Positions 26,160 through 39,240 are shown, numbered from the stretch's first letter. The stretch: DNA of 64,000 nt from Squalus acanthias (GCA_030390025.1 CM059431.1:133736001-133800000); one strand, 5' to 3'. A program made the numbers and translations. The notes: a model not told the origin generated them from the sequence alone.

Positions 26160-29100
26160 TGTTGTGGCTGCCGCGAAGCACGAATTGAGGCCGAGTCAAT
26201 ATGTGGAACACATAGCTTTTAATTTCATCTCTGCTGGTCAAAATGGCTGCGACCACATTTCTCTCCAAAACCCTGAGGCCCCGCCCACTCCTTTTTTCCT
26301 GCCTTAAAGGCAGCATGCGCCTTAAAGGCAAGGTGCCCGATTTATTGTCCACGGACGGAAAAGTGGATTGCGCCCGTTTAGGTGGCGATCCGCCACACAG
26401 CTCCCCCCAGAATCCGCTTAGGAGGTGTGGACGAGATGGTGCGGCGGTCTGATGGGCCGGCCGAAGCGGCTCTTGTAGGATGCCGGTGGACGTGGAACGG
26501 CCGGCGTGGAGCAGCCGGGTGAACTGGCTTGAGGGCAGGTCGGCCGTGTGGTGGTGGACGAGCTACAGGGACCTGCTCACCGGGCTCCGAGTGTGCTGGC
26601 TTGAGTCGGTCAACCGACACTTTTTCGGTCCTGTCGCCCACTTGCAGGGTGAAAAATTAGTCCCCAGCCTGTAGCACCTTGTAGGGCCCGTCGTACGGGG
26701 GTTGAAGGGGTCCACGGTGGGCGTCGTGCAGGACGAAAACAAACCGTGCCTGGTGCAGGCTTAGTGGGACGTGTGAGGTGGATTCGCCGTGTCGGGCAAT
26801 GGGCACCGGGGCGAACTGTAGCGCTGGTGAGGCGCAGTCGTGGCGTTGCTGGTCGGCTGACCAGGGTGTCATGGCGGTGGGCAGGAACTCGCCGGATACG
26901 CGCAGTGGCTGACCGTACACGAGCTCTGCCGCCGATGCGTGGAGGTATTCTTTAACCGCGGTGCGCAGGCCGAGGAGGACCCACGGGAGTCGGTCGATCC
27001 AGGCGCCGTTCTGGAGGCTGGCTCGAAGAGATGCCTTCAAGGATCTGTGGGACCGCTCACACAGTCCGTTGGCTTGGGGGTGGTACGCTGTGGTGCGGTG
27101 AATGGTCACCCCGAGATTGCGTGCGACGGCGGTCCAGAGTTCAGAGGTAAATTGCGGACCTCTGTCCGACGTCATGTCGGAGGGGACGCCGAACCGTGCG
27201 ACCCAGGTGCTGACGAAGGCTCTGGCGATGTCGGCGGTGGTGGTAGAGGTCAGTGGAATTGCCTCGGGCCAGCGCGTGGTGCGGTCAACGATCGTCAGCA
27301 AGTGCGTGTGGCCTTGCGACGGCGGCAGGGGCCTGACGATGTCCTCGTGGATGTGGTCGAATCTACGCGAAGGGACGGTAAACTCCTCGAGGGGTGCTTT
27401 TGTGTGTTGCTGCACCTTGGCCCGTTGGCAGGCTAGGCAGGAGTTGGCCCAAGTACGCACATCCTTGCGAAGGCCGCGCCAGACAAAGTGGTTGGCTACC
27501 AATTTGATGGATGTGCGGGCGCCGGGGTGGGAGAGGTTGTGGAGAATGTCGAATACCCGGCGGCGCCAGGACGCTGGGACGACGGGCCGAGGTTGACATA
27601 GGGATATGTCGCACTTGACCGTGACTGCGGTCGGGCCACAGGCGACATCGGCCAGGCGTAGCCCTGGTAGGTTGGTAGGTGTGGAGAGCAGATCAGGGTC
27701 GGTGATCTGGTCTGCTGCGAGTTGAGCGTAGTCGACTGCCAGGTGTGCGGCATGGATGGCGGGGCGGGATAGGCAGTCGGCTAACACATTGTCTTGGCCG
27801 GAGACGTGTTGGATGTCCGTGGTGAACTCGGACACTGCCGCGAGCTGGCGCTGCTGCCTGGCGGACCAGGGGTCGGTTGTCTTTGCCATTACGAATGTCA
27901 GGGGTTTGTGGTCGACAAACGCAGTGAAGGGGTGGCCCTCCAGCAAAAACCGAAAATGGCGGACCGCCAGGAACGGCGCGAGGAGCTCGCAGACGAAGGT
28001 ACTGTACTTGCCCTCTGGGGGGCGTAGTTGGCGGCTGAAGAAGGTAAGTGGTTGCCAGGCGCTGTCGACCCACTGCTCATACACGACGCCGACTGCGTGG
28101 TCGGAGGCGTCCGTGGTTAGCGCTACCCTGGCATTGGGCCGTGGGTGCGCGAGCAGGGTGGCGTTGGCGAGCGCGGTCTTGGTGGAGTCGAAGGCGGCGG
28201 ACGCGTCTGCCGTCCATTCGACCGCCATAATGCCGCTCCTGCCCCGGAGGGCTTCATACAGGGGCCTCATGAGGGACGCCGCTTTGGGGATGAAGTGGTT
28301 GTAGAAATTCACCATCCCGAGGAACTCCTGGAGGCCTTTGATGGTGGTGGGGCGGGGAAATTGTTGGACGGCCTGCACCTTGGTGGGCAGGGGAATGGCC
28401 CCAGCATGGGTGATGTGGTGGCCGAGGAAGTCGATCTTGTCCAGGCCGAACTGGCATTTGGCGGGGCTGAGGATGAGCCCGTGGTCGCTGAGGTGCCCGA
28501 ACAGGATGCGAAGGTGTTCGAGGTGTTCCTGCTTGGAGGAACTGGCTACCAGGATGTCGTCCAGGTAGACGAACAGGAACTTCAGGTCCCGAAGGACCGA
28601 GTCCATGAGCCGTTGGAATGCCTGGGCTGCGTTTTTGAGGCCGAAGGGCATCCGCAGGAACTCGAAAAGACCGAAGGGGGTGATTTCGGCCGTCTTGGGG
28701 ACGTCTGCGGGGTGGATGGGGGCTTGGTGGTAGCCGCGCACCAGGTCGACCTTGGAAAAGACTGAGCGGCCGGCCAGTCTAGCCGAGAAGTCCTGGATGT
28801 GCGGCATGGGGTACCGATCATGGGTGGTGGCGTCGTTGAAGCGGCGGTAATCCTTGCAGGGGCGCCAACCCCCGCCTGGTTTGGGGGCGATGTGGAGTGG
28901 GGAGGCCCAGGGACTGTTGGAGCGGCGGATGATGCTGAGCTGTTCCATGGTGGCAAACTCGGTCCGCGCGATCTGCAGTTTGGCCGGGTCCAGCCTGCGG
29001 GCGTGGGCGTACACTGGGGGTCCTGTGGTGGGGATGAAGTGTTCCACCCCGTGTTTGGCGGCCTCCGCGGAGAAGGTCGGATTGGTAAGGGCCGGGAATT

Positions 29101-30506
29101 CGGCCAGGAGTGCCGAGTAGTCATCCGTGGCCCGGGCGTGGCACTGTGATGCCATGTCGGCGGGTTGACGGGGGGCCATGGTGCCCAGGATGGGGGACAT
29201 GGTGTTCATGTCCACGAGGCGGTGTCGAGGGATGTCTACCAGTAGGCCGTGGGTGCACAGGAAATCTGCGCCGATGAGAGGGGAGAGCACCTTGGCAGTG
29301 ATGAACTCCCATCGGTAGCGGCGACCAGCGAGGTCGAGGGTGACTGTACGGGTGCCGTACGTCCGGATGTCCGAGCTGTTAGCAGCAGCCAGCGCCGGTC
29401 CTCGTTCGCCCTTTTGGATGTCGAGGGCGGAGGCCGGGATGATGCTGTGCTGAGCTCCAGTGTCGCACAGGAACCGGTGGCCGGTTTTGTCATCCGTGAC
29501 GTACAGCAGGGAGCCCGCGTGGCCCACGGCCATCGCAGGGGCTGGTGCGGGGGCGGACTTAAAAGAGCAGGGAGGTGTGCACCGTTGTGCCCTGGCGCCA
29601 AACCGTGCGTGGTAGTAACAGTGGCCCGGGTTAGTGGGGCGCGAAGGCCCCGTGAGCCCGGTGGCTGGGCCTTGTGGCCGCGTGGTGGCCGGTGAGGGGC
29701 ACGCCCAGGCAGTGGCTGCCAGGTCCGGAGTGACGTCGCGGCTGGAGTGAGCGGACAGCAGCTTGTCGGCCTCATCGGCCAGGGCTTCCAGGTCCGTGAG
29801 GCCGGACGCCATGATCGCTGGGCGGATGCTGAGAGGTAGCTGGCGGTTGAACAGTGTGCGGAAGAGGGATCCGGATGGGCTCTCGTCGGTGAGGGAGAGC
29901 ATGTGGGAGATGAGGTCTGATGGTGAGGCATCACCGAGGCCTGGAAGGTCGAGGAGGTGGCAGTTTCGCTGGTATGTCGAGGCGTAAATTTTTTAAGGAG
30001 CGCGGCCTTAAGATGTGCATACTTGCCCTCCTCTGGTGGGTTCTGCAGCGCTGTCCAGACCTTCGTAACTGTGGAGCTACCGAGTGATGTGACGAGGTAG
30101 TCGTACTTCGTCCCATCTGTAGTGATGAGTTGCAGCCGAAATCGTGACTCGGCTTGGAGGAACAAGGCTTCGGGCTGGTTTTCCCAAAACTCCGGCAGTT
30201 TCACGGAAACTGCGTTCGTGTCCGCCATTGCAGTGCTCGGAATATGTTCTGAGCATCGGGGTCACCAATGTTGTGGCTGCTGCGAAACACGAATTGAGGC
30301 CGAGTCAAAAGTGGAACACATAGCTTTTAATTTCATCTCTGCTGGTCAAAATGGCTGCGACCACATTTCTCTCCAAAATCCTAGAGGCCCCGCCCACTCC
30401 TTTTTTCCTGCCTTAAAGGCAGCATGCACCTTAAAGGCAAGGTGCCCGATTTAATGTCCACGGACGGAAAAGTGGATTGCGCCCGTTTAGGTGGCGATCC
30501 GCCACA
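26160..30506 (-). mobile_element. Full-length Ty3/Gypsy LTR retrotransposon, CsRn1-like clade
   Basis: 238-bp TG..CA LTRs (30269-30506, 26160-26397); TSD GGGT; tRNA-Trp-type PBS TGGTGACCCCGA; PPT GGGGGGAGCTG; CHCC knuckle. Confidence 0.95.
26378..30228 (-). pseudogene. Gag-Pol polyprotein (Gag, protease DTGA, RT YLDD, RNase H, integrase with GPY), with one frameshift near 29980 and a stop at 26657
   Basis: ORFs 29236-30228 (N-terminal part), 26657-29902 (1081 aa) and 26378-26641. Confidence 0.92.
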
Positions 30507-31141
30507 GGGTCATGCTTGCGTTTGGTCTCCCCAATGTAGAGGAGACCGCATCGTGAGCAGAGAATACAGTATACTAAATTGTAAGAAGTACAAGTAAATC
30601 GCTGTTTCACCTGGAAGGGGTGTTTGGGGCCCTGGACAGTGGGAAGAGAGGAGGTAAAAGGGCAGGTATTGCATCTCCTGCACTTGCACGGGAAGGTGCC
30701 GGGTGAAGGGGAAGGGATGTTGGGGGTGATAGAGGAGTGGACCAGGGTGTTGCGGAGGGAGCAGTCCCTCCTTTGGCACTGCTGGTCAGTCATGTCCAGG
30801 AAGCTCATCCTCTGCCTGTATACCCTGTGTTGGGGGTATCGTCTCCGGCGCAGTGCAGCCCTGTGCTGACTCCCTCTCTCCTGTGGAGCATCAGGTCGTT
30901 GAGGAGAAGGCTGCTGTTGTGGTTGCTGCTGCTGCTGGTGTGGCTGGTGTTGGTGCTGGGGCTCATCTGAGGTCCAAGGTGAGACAGCATAAGCGACACC
31001 CATGCTGATCTAATTGATTAACTTTATCACACCTCGGCAGATAAACAGTCAGGATGATTGAATTCAGTTGTCTGCAATTGTAAGTTACACATGCATTGTT
31101 CTCTATCTATATATGCTTTGACGATTCTGTATCTCCTCACT

Positions 31142-31179
31142 TCACCTGACGAAGGAGTTGTAACTCCGAAAGCTTGTGA
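31142..31179 (+). ncRNA. Minimal type I hammerhead ribozyme in a Penelope terminal fragment (about 31085-31225)
   Basis: TCAC-CTGACGA-A-GGAGTT(GT)AACTCC-GAAA-GC-TT-GTGA, followed by AATAAA. Confidence 0.8.
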
Positions 31180-31863
31180 TTTAAAATAAAACTGTTGGAC
31201 TATAACCTGGTGTTGTGCGACCTCTCAATTTTGATCTAATAGATGGCAGGTAAAGTGGAGATCAAAGGCACAATACTTCAATGTTGTGATAGTGAGTAGC
31301 AATGTGGTGAGAGTGGCTTCTGAAGTTGCAGAAATGACTTGCAAACTCCTGACAACTAAATCTCTGCACAAAATGGTGTCAGCAAGAGCCTTTCCCTTAG
31401 GCAAGGAAGCAGGTGTAATGTGTGAGTATTTGTGTTTTTTCCAGTTGTCACTTAATGGACTTGCACAATGGCCACTGAGCTTCCGCCTCCCCTTCACAGG
31501 CGAGGTTCCTGAGGTGCGCAAATCCCATGCGCAACAAGTTAAAGCCAAAACCTGATGTTAAAAAGGCAGTTAAGGGTCTCTCAATGAGCAGTAAAGTAAC
31601 TTAATGAGATCGCCCGTCTCTCAACGAATGGGTCCATGGCATGCCTCGAAATGCGCCCAAGTTAAATGCAGAAGTCGGTGGGATGACGGCGGGTTCCCGA
31701 CACGCTGTCGATTTCCGTGCTTTTAACTGCCAACCCATATGCTCGTCAATGGGAAAATTGTGGCCAATGCTCCAGTTGGGCCCCAACAAGTATTTTATAT
31801 AGGTTTAGCATAACTTCCTGGCTTTTGTATTCTATGCCTCTATTTATAAAGCCCAGGATCTCC

Positions 31864-33120
31864 TATGTGTCCAATTCTTGGCACCGCACTTTAGGAAGGA
31901 TGTGAAGGCCTTAGAGAGGGTGCAGAAAGATTTACAAGAATGGTTCCAGGGATGAGGAACTTCAGTTACGTGGATAGACTGGAGAAGCTGGGGTTGTTCT
32001 CCTTAGAGCAGAGAAGATTGAGAGGAGATTTGATAGAAGTGTTCAAAATCATGGGGGGTGTAGACAGACTAGATAGAGAGAAAATGTTCCCATTGGCAGA
32101 AAGGTCAAGAACCAGAGGACACAGATTTAAGGTAATTGGCAGAAGAACCAAAGGCAACATCAGGAAAAACTTCTCTTGTTAAGCGAGTGGTTAGGATCTG
32201 GAATGCACTGCCTGAAAGGGTGGTGGAGGCAGATTCAATCGTGGTTTTCAAAAGGGATTTGGATAAGTACCTGAAGGAAAAAAATTGAAGGGCTATGGGG
32301 AAAGGGCAGGGGAGTGGGACTAGCTGAAGTGCTCTTGCAGAGAGCTAGCATGGGCTTGATGGGCCAAATGGCCTCCTTCTGTGCTGTAACCATTCTATGA
32401 TTCTATATTTCTGCCTGCCAGTCTTTGACTCCAATTTACCCGGGCCAGATCCCTCCTCAATTCGCTGAAATTAGCCCTCCTCCAGTTAAGAATTTTTATT
32501 CTAGATTGCTCCTTGTCCTTCTCCATAAATAATCTAAACCTTATGATACTATGATTACTATTCTCGAGATGCTCCCCCACTATGACAATCTCCACTTGAC
32601 TCACTTTAATCCCCAGCACTAGATCCAGTAATGCCTTGTTCCTCTGACATACTGATCAAGAAAATTCTCCTGAACACACTTCAGAAATTCTTCCCCTTCT
32701 CTGCCCTTAACACAATCACTGCTCCGTTTAAGTGCCTTGGGACATTTTACTACGTTAAAGGCGCTATATAAATGCAAGTTGTTGTTGTTCAATATTGGTG
32801 TAGTTAAATTCTCCCATTATCACTACTCTATAGCTCATGCACCTTTCAGTAACTATGCAAATCTGCTCCTCTATCTCCTTCTCACTATTTGGGGGCCTAT
32901 AAAATACACCAAGTAGCGTAATAACTCCTTTATTGTTTCTTAAGTCCAGCCAAATAGATTCTGCCTTTGATCTCTCAAGGACATTCTTTATTTCTAGCAC
33001 TGTAATATTTTCCTTAATCAAAACCGCTACAACTCCTATTTTTATTTCTTTCCTATCTTTCCTGAATACCATATACCCAGGAATACTAAGCAGCCAATCC
33101 TCTGCTTTTTTGAGTCGGGT
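31864..33120. mobile_element. CR1 fragments (+ 3' end 31864-32405; - endonuclease region 32405-33120) with a short L2 tail at 32725-32790
   Basis: RRLRGDLIEVFKIM; GVFYRPPN; NWRRANF; GCAAGTTGTTGTTG tail. Confidence 0.8.
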
Positions 33121-33379
33121 CTCAGAGGCGCAGGAATTGCAGGCTATGGGTTGTAGCTACCCCTCCATTCTAATTAGAAACTTAACTATAAAGGTGATTA
33201 TTTATATAATTGCTGTTAATTAGGTCTAAACTATTTTAATGTATTAAATTATACTGCTACTTTTCTATTCGCTCCTCAAAGCGAACTAACCAAAGACTAA
33301 TTATTTACTCAAGTGTAATAAGAATCACTGAGATCACTAAAGAAGCACTAAGATTACTATCACTTTTTTGTGTCAATGT

Positions 33380-36300
33380 ATATCATTATAAATTGCTTTA
33401 GTTACCTATAATGGAAAACCCCTATGTATACTGGCGCCTGCCACTGTATAATTACATATTCTGGTCACGAGGTGGTACTCTGCATTGGGCCGCAATTTGC
33501 TTATGGAGGGAGTCACAGCACACAGGGAGGTTCTCTTCCCTTCCCATGGGCAGAAGAGACCTCCCCAGGAGATCAACGCAGCCTGGTTGCACATTGCACA
33601 TGAGGGCACAAGCAGGGATGTCGTCAGGAGGACCAGGCTGCAGTGGTGCAAGCCTTTCAATGATCTCAGTAGATCACAAAACATTACTGCCAAGCCACAC
33701 TCAACCTCATCCTCCTGTGCCACTCATCACATCCCCACACTCTGCCTTCCCTACCCTACTCCTGCACATCCTTACTCACACCAACTTACCTTGCACCTCC
33801 ACCCATCCCTCTATCTACATTATCACTTCCCCATCTCACTAGCCACCCCTCACACTCACCCTCATCCTAGTGCAATCATACCAACTAACAACACACAAGG
33901 ATAGGCACTTGGGTGTTTTATGCAATGTTCATGTAAATTTTCTGTTAATGTGCTGTCAAACATTGAAGTCTTTATTTTCAACACTTTACCTTATTGGACA
34001 GATCTGTGCTCACCTTTGGAAGTGTCTTAGTGAGTTCCAGTGAATGTTGAGACATAACTTCCGCCCCCACCCCCCACAATTGTGATGAGTGTGAAAGGAA
34101 TGGCTTGGACATTGTAGGGATGCTTTATGGTGCTGGTGTGGGGTGGTGTCAACCTGGCACATCATGTGGCAGCCAGGGTGTACAGCGTCAAGTGAAGTAA
34201 ATCTGGCCATCCCTGGCCTCCCGGGCAGCAATGTTGTCAAGTGCTGATGCCCTCTGTAAGGGGTTTCGGTTCGTAGGTGCTTGTGTGGGGTTGGGCCTTC
34301 GTTGCCTAATACTATTGCTTGCTCTGGTCTCCGGCCAGCCTTGTTGCAATAAGCACCTGTGAGTGGTTCGACCCACTCGCCCTTACGGTTCTAACACTGG
34401 ACTTAGGTGCGAGAGCAGTAATGCAGAGAAAAACTCAAATAGACTCGGTTGAATAGTACGAAATGGAAATCTTTATTGCATAACGTCCAAAATCATGAAG
34501 TACATGTCATAGGCACAAATTAATGACAGTACAAGTATACATACATTCATAAAACTTGGTCTAGGGTAATGAGGAACGCACGGCACATCGTAAAAAGGGG
34601 AACACATTATATTTATCCTTAATAAAACCACCCTTCCCTATCAATACCTACACTAATCTAGATTTGTAGGATCGGGAAACATGCTCACCAATCGTGATAC
34701 TTCAGAGAATTTTAAACGAGGCACTCGGCTTATTTTGCTGCAACACCTGACTGTCACGTGTTGGAAGGGGTCTCTGTACCCCACTTGTTGATCTTCCCTG
34801 CTCCGGCTAGCAGGCTGGGCTCCCCGTTGTCATGAAGAACTTGACAGTGCTCGGGCCCGGTTCGAAGAACAGTCTTCCTGTGTCCGACACCGGTTGCCGG
34901 TAGAATTCGAAAAAGAGTCTTTGACTGGTTAGAGTTCAAAAATGGTCTTTATATTTACGGGCGCGGTCGGGGTTTACTGACCGCGGCGGCACGTGGATTC
35001 TTGTTCTTTTCTTCTCATCTCGTCTTGTCGGGCCTTCGGGTCCAAAAACACCGTTTACCGACGCTCGGGATGGTGCACCCGGTCACTGGCCTTCGTCGGG
35101 GCGGCTCGTCCTGCTTGAGCTCCACCCAACATTCGAGTAACTGTCCAGCACGGCTAGAGTCAACAGATGGTTGCTCGTCCAGCAGGATTCAGCCTGAGTC
35201 AAGAGTCCACAGAGATAAGAGCACGAATCAAGGGAATAAGAGAATAAGCACCAGCCGAGAGAATAAGCCAAAGATGGACGTTTGTTGTCTATAGTTATAG
35301 TGCTGGGTTCCCTTATCTCCCGCCCAAATCTTAATGTTCATCTTTTGTAAAATCTTGGCGCTCAAAATTCCCAGTATGGGGTGATTCTTGTCTTGTAATG
35401 GGTTTCGGTAGCACCTGAGACTGGCCAACTACCCGTTAATGTCTTCCCCATTGTGGAACCGGCTAGGAGCCTCCCTGGCTGGGTTTTGGGGGCCTCCGAA
35501 TACTTGTGTAAGTACCTGAGAATGGCTCTCTCATTGTAGAGCCGTGGGAATTTGCGTATTGATGTATCTGGATGGGCCTTCGATTGCCCAGTACAATGGT
35601 CTTTACTTGTGCATGGAAAACGATTCCAGCACTTATATCTCTTGCTATTGTGTCGAAAGCAGACAGGTTGCGACCTGTCTTTATCAGTGTTTGCTGCGTA
35701 TTAACCAATCTTATACTGAAATGTTTATTCGAACGCCATCTTGTCTGCCCACTGAAAATTCTGGAAGCTTCTGCCACGAGGCGCGGCGGCCATTTTACAG
35801 GCTTCTGTGTCCTGTTTAATCATGACAGCATTTCGTTGAAATAAAACTGATGAAACGAATCTGCTACTATCTTGTTATTTCGAATCGCGATAATTGCGAA
35901 TTTTACACCTGTGTCCTGTGCAGCATAAGGTGATTGCGGAGAAGGCTGGTGTTGTTGCTGGTGATTTTGGTGTGCCTGGTGATGTTGGTGTTGTGGCTGA
36001 TCGTGGAGGGATTCAGAGGACCAAGGTGAGATTTTTACAAAGGCACCGATGTTGTTGGAATAGATGGCAGCTGAAGTTGAGATGACAGAAGCGATCTGTC
36101 AGTGGTGAGAGAGCGTGCTCCAAGGAGGTGACAGTGGATAGAGAGTTTACTCCAAACACTTCCAAACTGCATAAAGCTCAAAAGTGTCTTCCAAGGCCTG
36201 AAGGCTCAAGCTTCTGACATTGGAAAGTGACCAACTGTGAAATGGTAGCTTTCATATCACCTTTGCAGCTGTCACCTATTCACAGCAATGGGGGGACATA

Positions 36301-36589
36301 GAGAACCCGACCTACTTACCTGACGTGATCTCCGAACGACGTGAACCTCATTAAAAAAGTGGTAAAATAGAAACAGGCTGGCAAAATAGTAGTTAACAAG
36401 CACTTAACAAGCATTTAACTATCTTAAATGCGTCCCCCGCTGCTTGGTGTCGGGTCTGTTCTGAAATCGCAGACCCGACACTTTAGAAACTTACATAGAG
36501 GCGGGTTCAGAGCGGGCTCCCAACCCGCTGTCAAACATTTCGATTTTGACAGTGGACCCACCTCTGAACCCGCACTCTGAATCGTGGCC
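33380..36589. mobile_element. Harbinger remnant (Myb-like + right end) interrupted by a solo LTR
   Basis: REVLFP...AAWLHIAHE..QWCKPFNDLSRS; right end TGAATCGTGGCC; 36030-36590 homologous to 38660-39240. Confidence 0.65.
34255..35907 (-). mobile_element. Solo LTR (1653 bp) of the long-LTR env-carrying family
   Basis: TG..CA termini; TSD CCTC/CCTG; colinear with 60105-61710; AATAAA on - at 34472-34477. Confidence 0.88.
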
Positions 36590-36718
36590 ATTATCTTTCC
36601 ACTACAATTAGCTGAATAAGCTTTCTCAATTTTTTTCATCTGCCATATTTTCTCAGTCATTGAGTTTTCTAATTTCCAAGATAAGTATTTAAACAAAATA
36701 AAAAATTCAAAAGATTAC

Positions 36719-37612
36719 GGGGGGAAAATTCAGTTGGTTGCGCCTCCCATTAGCGCCTTAAGAGGGCGCTAATGGGGCGCAAAGCATCTAGCGCCCAGGC
36801 GTGGCGAAGTTTGCGCCACTCGTGAAATTAACTAGACATTTTGCGGCGGCGCTAAACACTACCGCCACGATCTCCTGCGCCGGCAGATCGTGACATCAGT
36901 CGAGTGCGCAACGCCCCAGTATCGCCCCGGAGCGGATATTGAGTGGCGCCCCCTGCCTTACCGCCTGACGCTAGCAACGACAGTTTGAGTGGAGCGTTCT
37001 CCAGTCATGAAGGGAAAGGGGGAGCGCTATTTAAAGGTGACCGCTTCCTACCTTTTATTGTTGGTGCCATTTTTGAACTACGCATTCTAGAGAGAGAGAG
37101 AGAGAGACTTCTGGAGAGTTTCAACGTTGTGTGAAGGAGTTTTGGGTACTGAGCAGCACTTTGCAGGTTCATTTTGATTTGCCATTCCTTGTATCGATTT
37201 AGAAGAAACTGTGGGGGCTGCACTCTGAGCTCTTTGCCTGGTACTCTCCATTGTTCTTTCCAGCAGATTTGATGTACAGGTCTCTCCAGGCCGAGATTCA
37301 AGGCAGTAATTAGCAGGATCTGGATGGAAAGTGAGATTAACCATCCCCTTTAAGAACAGGCCCATGCCATTGTGTGTGTGTTCCATTGCTGACTGACATT
37401 ACATGAGCTTCGCCAGCGCTCTGAGGTAGCGCCTCGCTCCTCGGCCTTTGCGCCTTAAGACAGGTGTGAAGCGCCTGATTTAGCGCTCCAATCACCTCCA
37501 GGGGCGATAAAAGTGAAGTTTGCAGTCGGTGGCGATAATTAGTGCCAGGCGCTAATCTTTGCGCCCGGCCGATAATTGCGCCCCAAATGGGGCGATACTG
37601 AATTTCTCCCCC
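36719..37612. mobile_element. Harbinger-type MITE, copy B
   Basis: 15-bp TIR; TSD TAC; near-identical to 5603-6491. Confidence 0.88.
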
Positions 37613-37799
37613 TACATATTTTATTGAATTGCCCTTTGTGTCTTTTAATACCTTCATTAAAGCTTATACTTGAAGGCTTCAGCCTCTCCCAAAAGCCAGG
37701 GCTTTGACTTGATATTCTGCTGTTAGCTGAATTCAGTTTGTGCAGTGTGAGCATGTGCAGTGTACCCAACATTCCATGGTGCATCAGTAGCAGAACTGT

Positions 37800-38655
37800 T
37801 ACAACAACAACAACGTGTATTTATATAGTGTCTTTAATGTAGTAAAATGTCCCAAGGTGCTTCACAGGAGTATTATAAAACAAAATTTGACACCGAACCA
37901 CATAAGGAGAAATTAGGGCAGATGAAAGAGGTGGGTTTTAAGGAGCATCTTAAAGAAGGAGAGAGAGGTAGAGAGGCGGAGAGGCTTTAGGGAGGGGAAT
38001 TCCAGAGCTTCAGGCCTAGGCAGCTGAAGGCACGGCCGCCAATGGTTGGGCGATTAAAATTAGAGATGCTCAAGAGGCTAGAATTAGAGAAGCGCAGATA
38101 TCTCAGGGGGCTGGGGTGGGGGGGGGGGGGGTGCGGTTGTGGGACTGAAGGAGATTACAGAGATAGGGAGGAGTGAGGCCATGGAGGGATTTGAAAACAA
38201 GGATGAGAATTTTAAAATCGAGGCATTGCTTAACCGGAAGCCAATGTAGGTCAGCAAGCACGGGGGTGATGGGTGAATGAGACTTGATGCGAGTTAGGAC
38301 ATGGGCAGTGAGTTTTGGATGACCTGAAGTTTACGTAGCGTGGAATGTTAGAGGCCAGTCAGGAGTGCGTTGGAATAATCAAGTCTAGAGGTAACAAAGG
38401 CATGGATGAGGGTTTCAGCTGCAGATGAGCTGAGGTAGGGGCGGAATTGGGCAATATTACAGAGGTGGCAATAGGCATTCTTAGTGATGGCGTGGATATG
38501 TGGTCGGAAACTAATTTCAGGGTCAAATATGACACCAAGGTTGCAAACAGTCTGGTTCAGCCTCAGACAGCTGATAGGGAGAGGGTTGGAGTTGGTGGCT
38601 AGGGAGCAGAGTTTGTGGTGGGGACCGAAGACAATATTTAATTGGAGAAAATTGC
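37800..38655 (-). mobile_element. L2-type LINE 3' fragment
   Basis: (CAA)n tail; NLGVIFDPEISF...HAFVTSRLDYSNALL. Confidence 0.85.
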
Positions 38656-38659
38656 AGAG

Positions 38660-39240
38660 AGCCGGCACGGGATTTTTTCAAGGGCACCGATGCTGATGGA
38701 ATAGATGGCAGGTGAGATTGAGATGACAGAAGTAACCGGTCAATGTTGAGATAGGTTGTTCCAAGGAGGTGACAGTGGATAGAGAGATTACTCCAAACAC
38801 TTCAAAAGTGCATAAAGCTCAAAAGTGGGTTCCAAATCCTGAAGGCTCCAGCTTCTAAGATTGGGAAGTGAACAGCTGTGAAATGGTAGGTTTTATACCA
38901 CTTTTGCAGCTTTCACCTATTCACAGTAGTCCAGTCATTGAGAACCCAACACACTTACCCGACGTGATAGCCACTCTCCGGGAACCTCGTTGAACACCTG
39001 GTAAAATGGTAAGTACATGGTAAAATGGTTCTTAACTGCCTTTTAATAAGCTTTTAACTCTCTAAATTGGCTGACCCGCCACTTGGTGGTCGGGTTTGTT
39101 CAGGGACGACAGACCCGACACCTGGGAAACTGACAAGGAGGCGGGTTTACAGCAGGATACTGACGCGCTGTCAATCTTTGTGATTTTGACATCGGACCCG
39201 CCTCCAAACCCGCACTCTGGGCGCCGGCAAAATTCAGCCC
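38660..39240. mobile_element. Harbinger right-end fragment
   Basis: Ends AAAATTCAGCCC; homologous to 36030-36590. Confidence 0.6.

Larger units (their letters stand above)
25571..30766 (-). mobile_element. 5'-truncated Penelope-like element (GIY-YIG endonuclease), split by a Gypsy insertion
   Basis: CKCRRCNTC...NLVYCILCSRCGLLYIGETKR | ELPVTCHFN..RKLEEQHLIFRLGTL..GLN; 14-bp TSD CCTCCTTTGGCACT at 25557-25570 and 30767-30780. Confidence 0.9.
24450..31765. mobile_element. Internally deleted Harbinger transposon hosting Penelope and Gypsy insertions
   Basis: TIR GGCCGGAATCTT / AAAATTGTGGCC; TSD AAT; Myb-like exon 24766-25005 (APRFPDASLEVLVQGV..W.EIAEEV..QCRK); transposase N-terminus on - (YRQRMSFLDMTDQQCQRR|LRLSR). 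Confidence 0.8.

Noticed and set aside
26746..29987. Many overlapping alternative-frame and antisense ORFs
   Set aside because: Expected from the high GC content of the Gypsy pol; no recognisable domains.
30431..31003. 190-aa poly-Q, Cys-rich ORF
   Set aside because: Chance fusion of a Harbinger transposase N-terminus, Penelope GIY-YIG and Gypsy LTR across insertion junctions.
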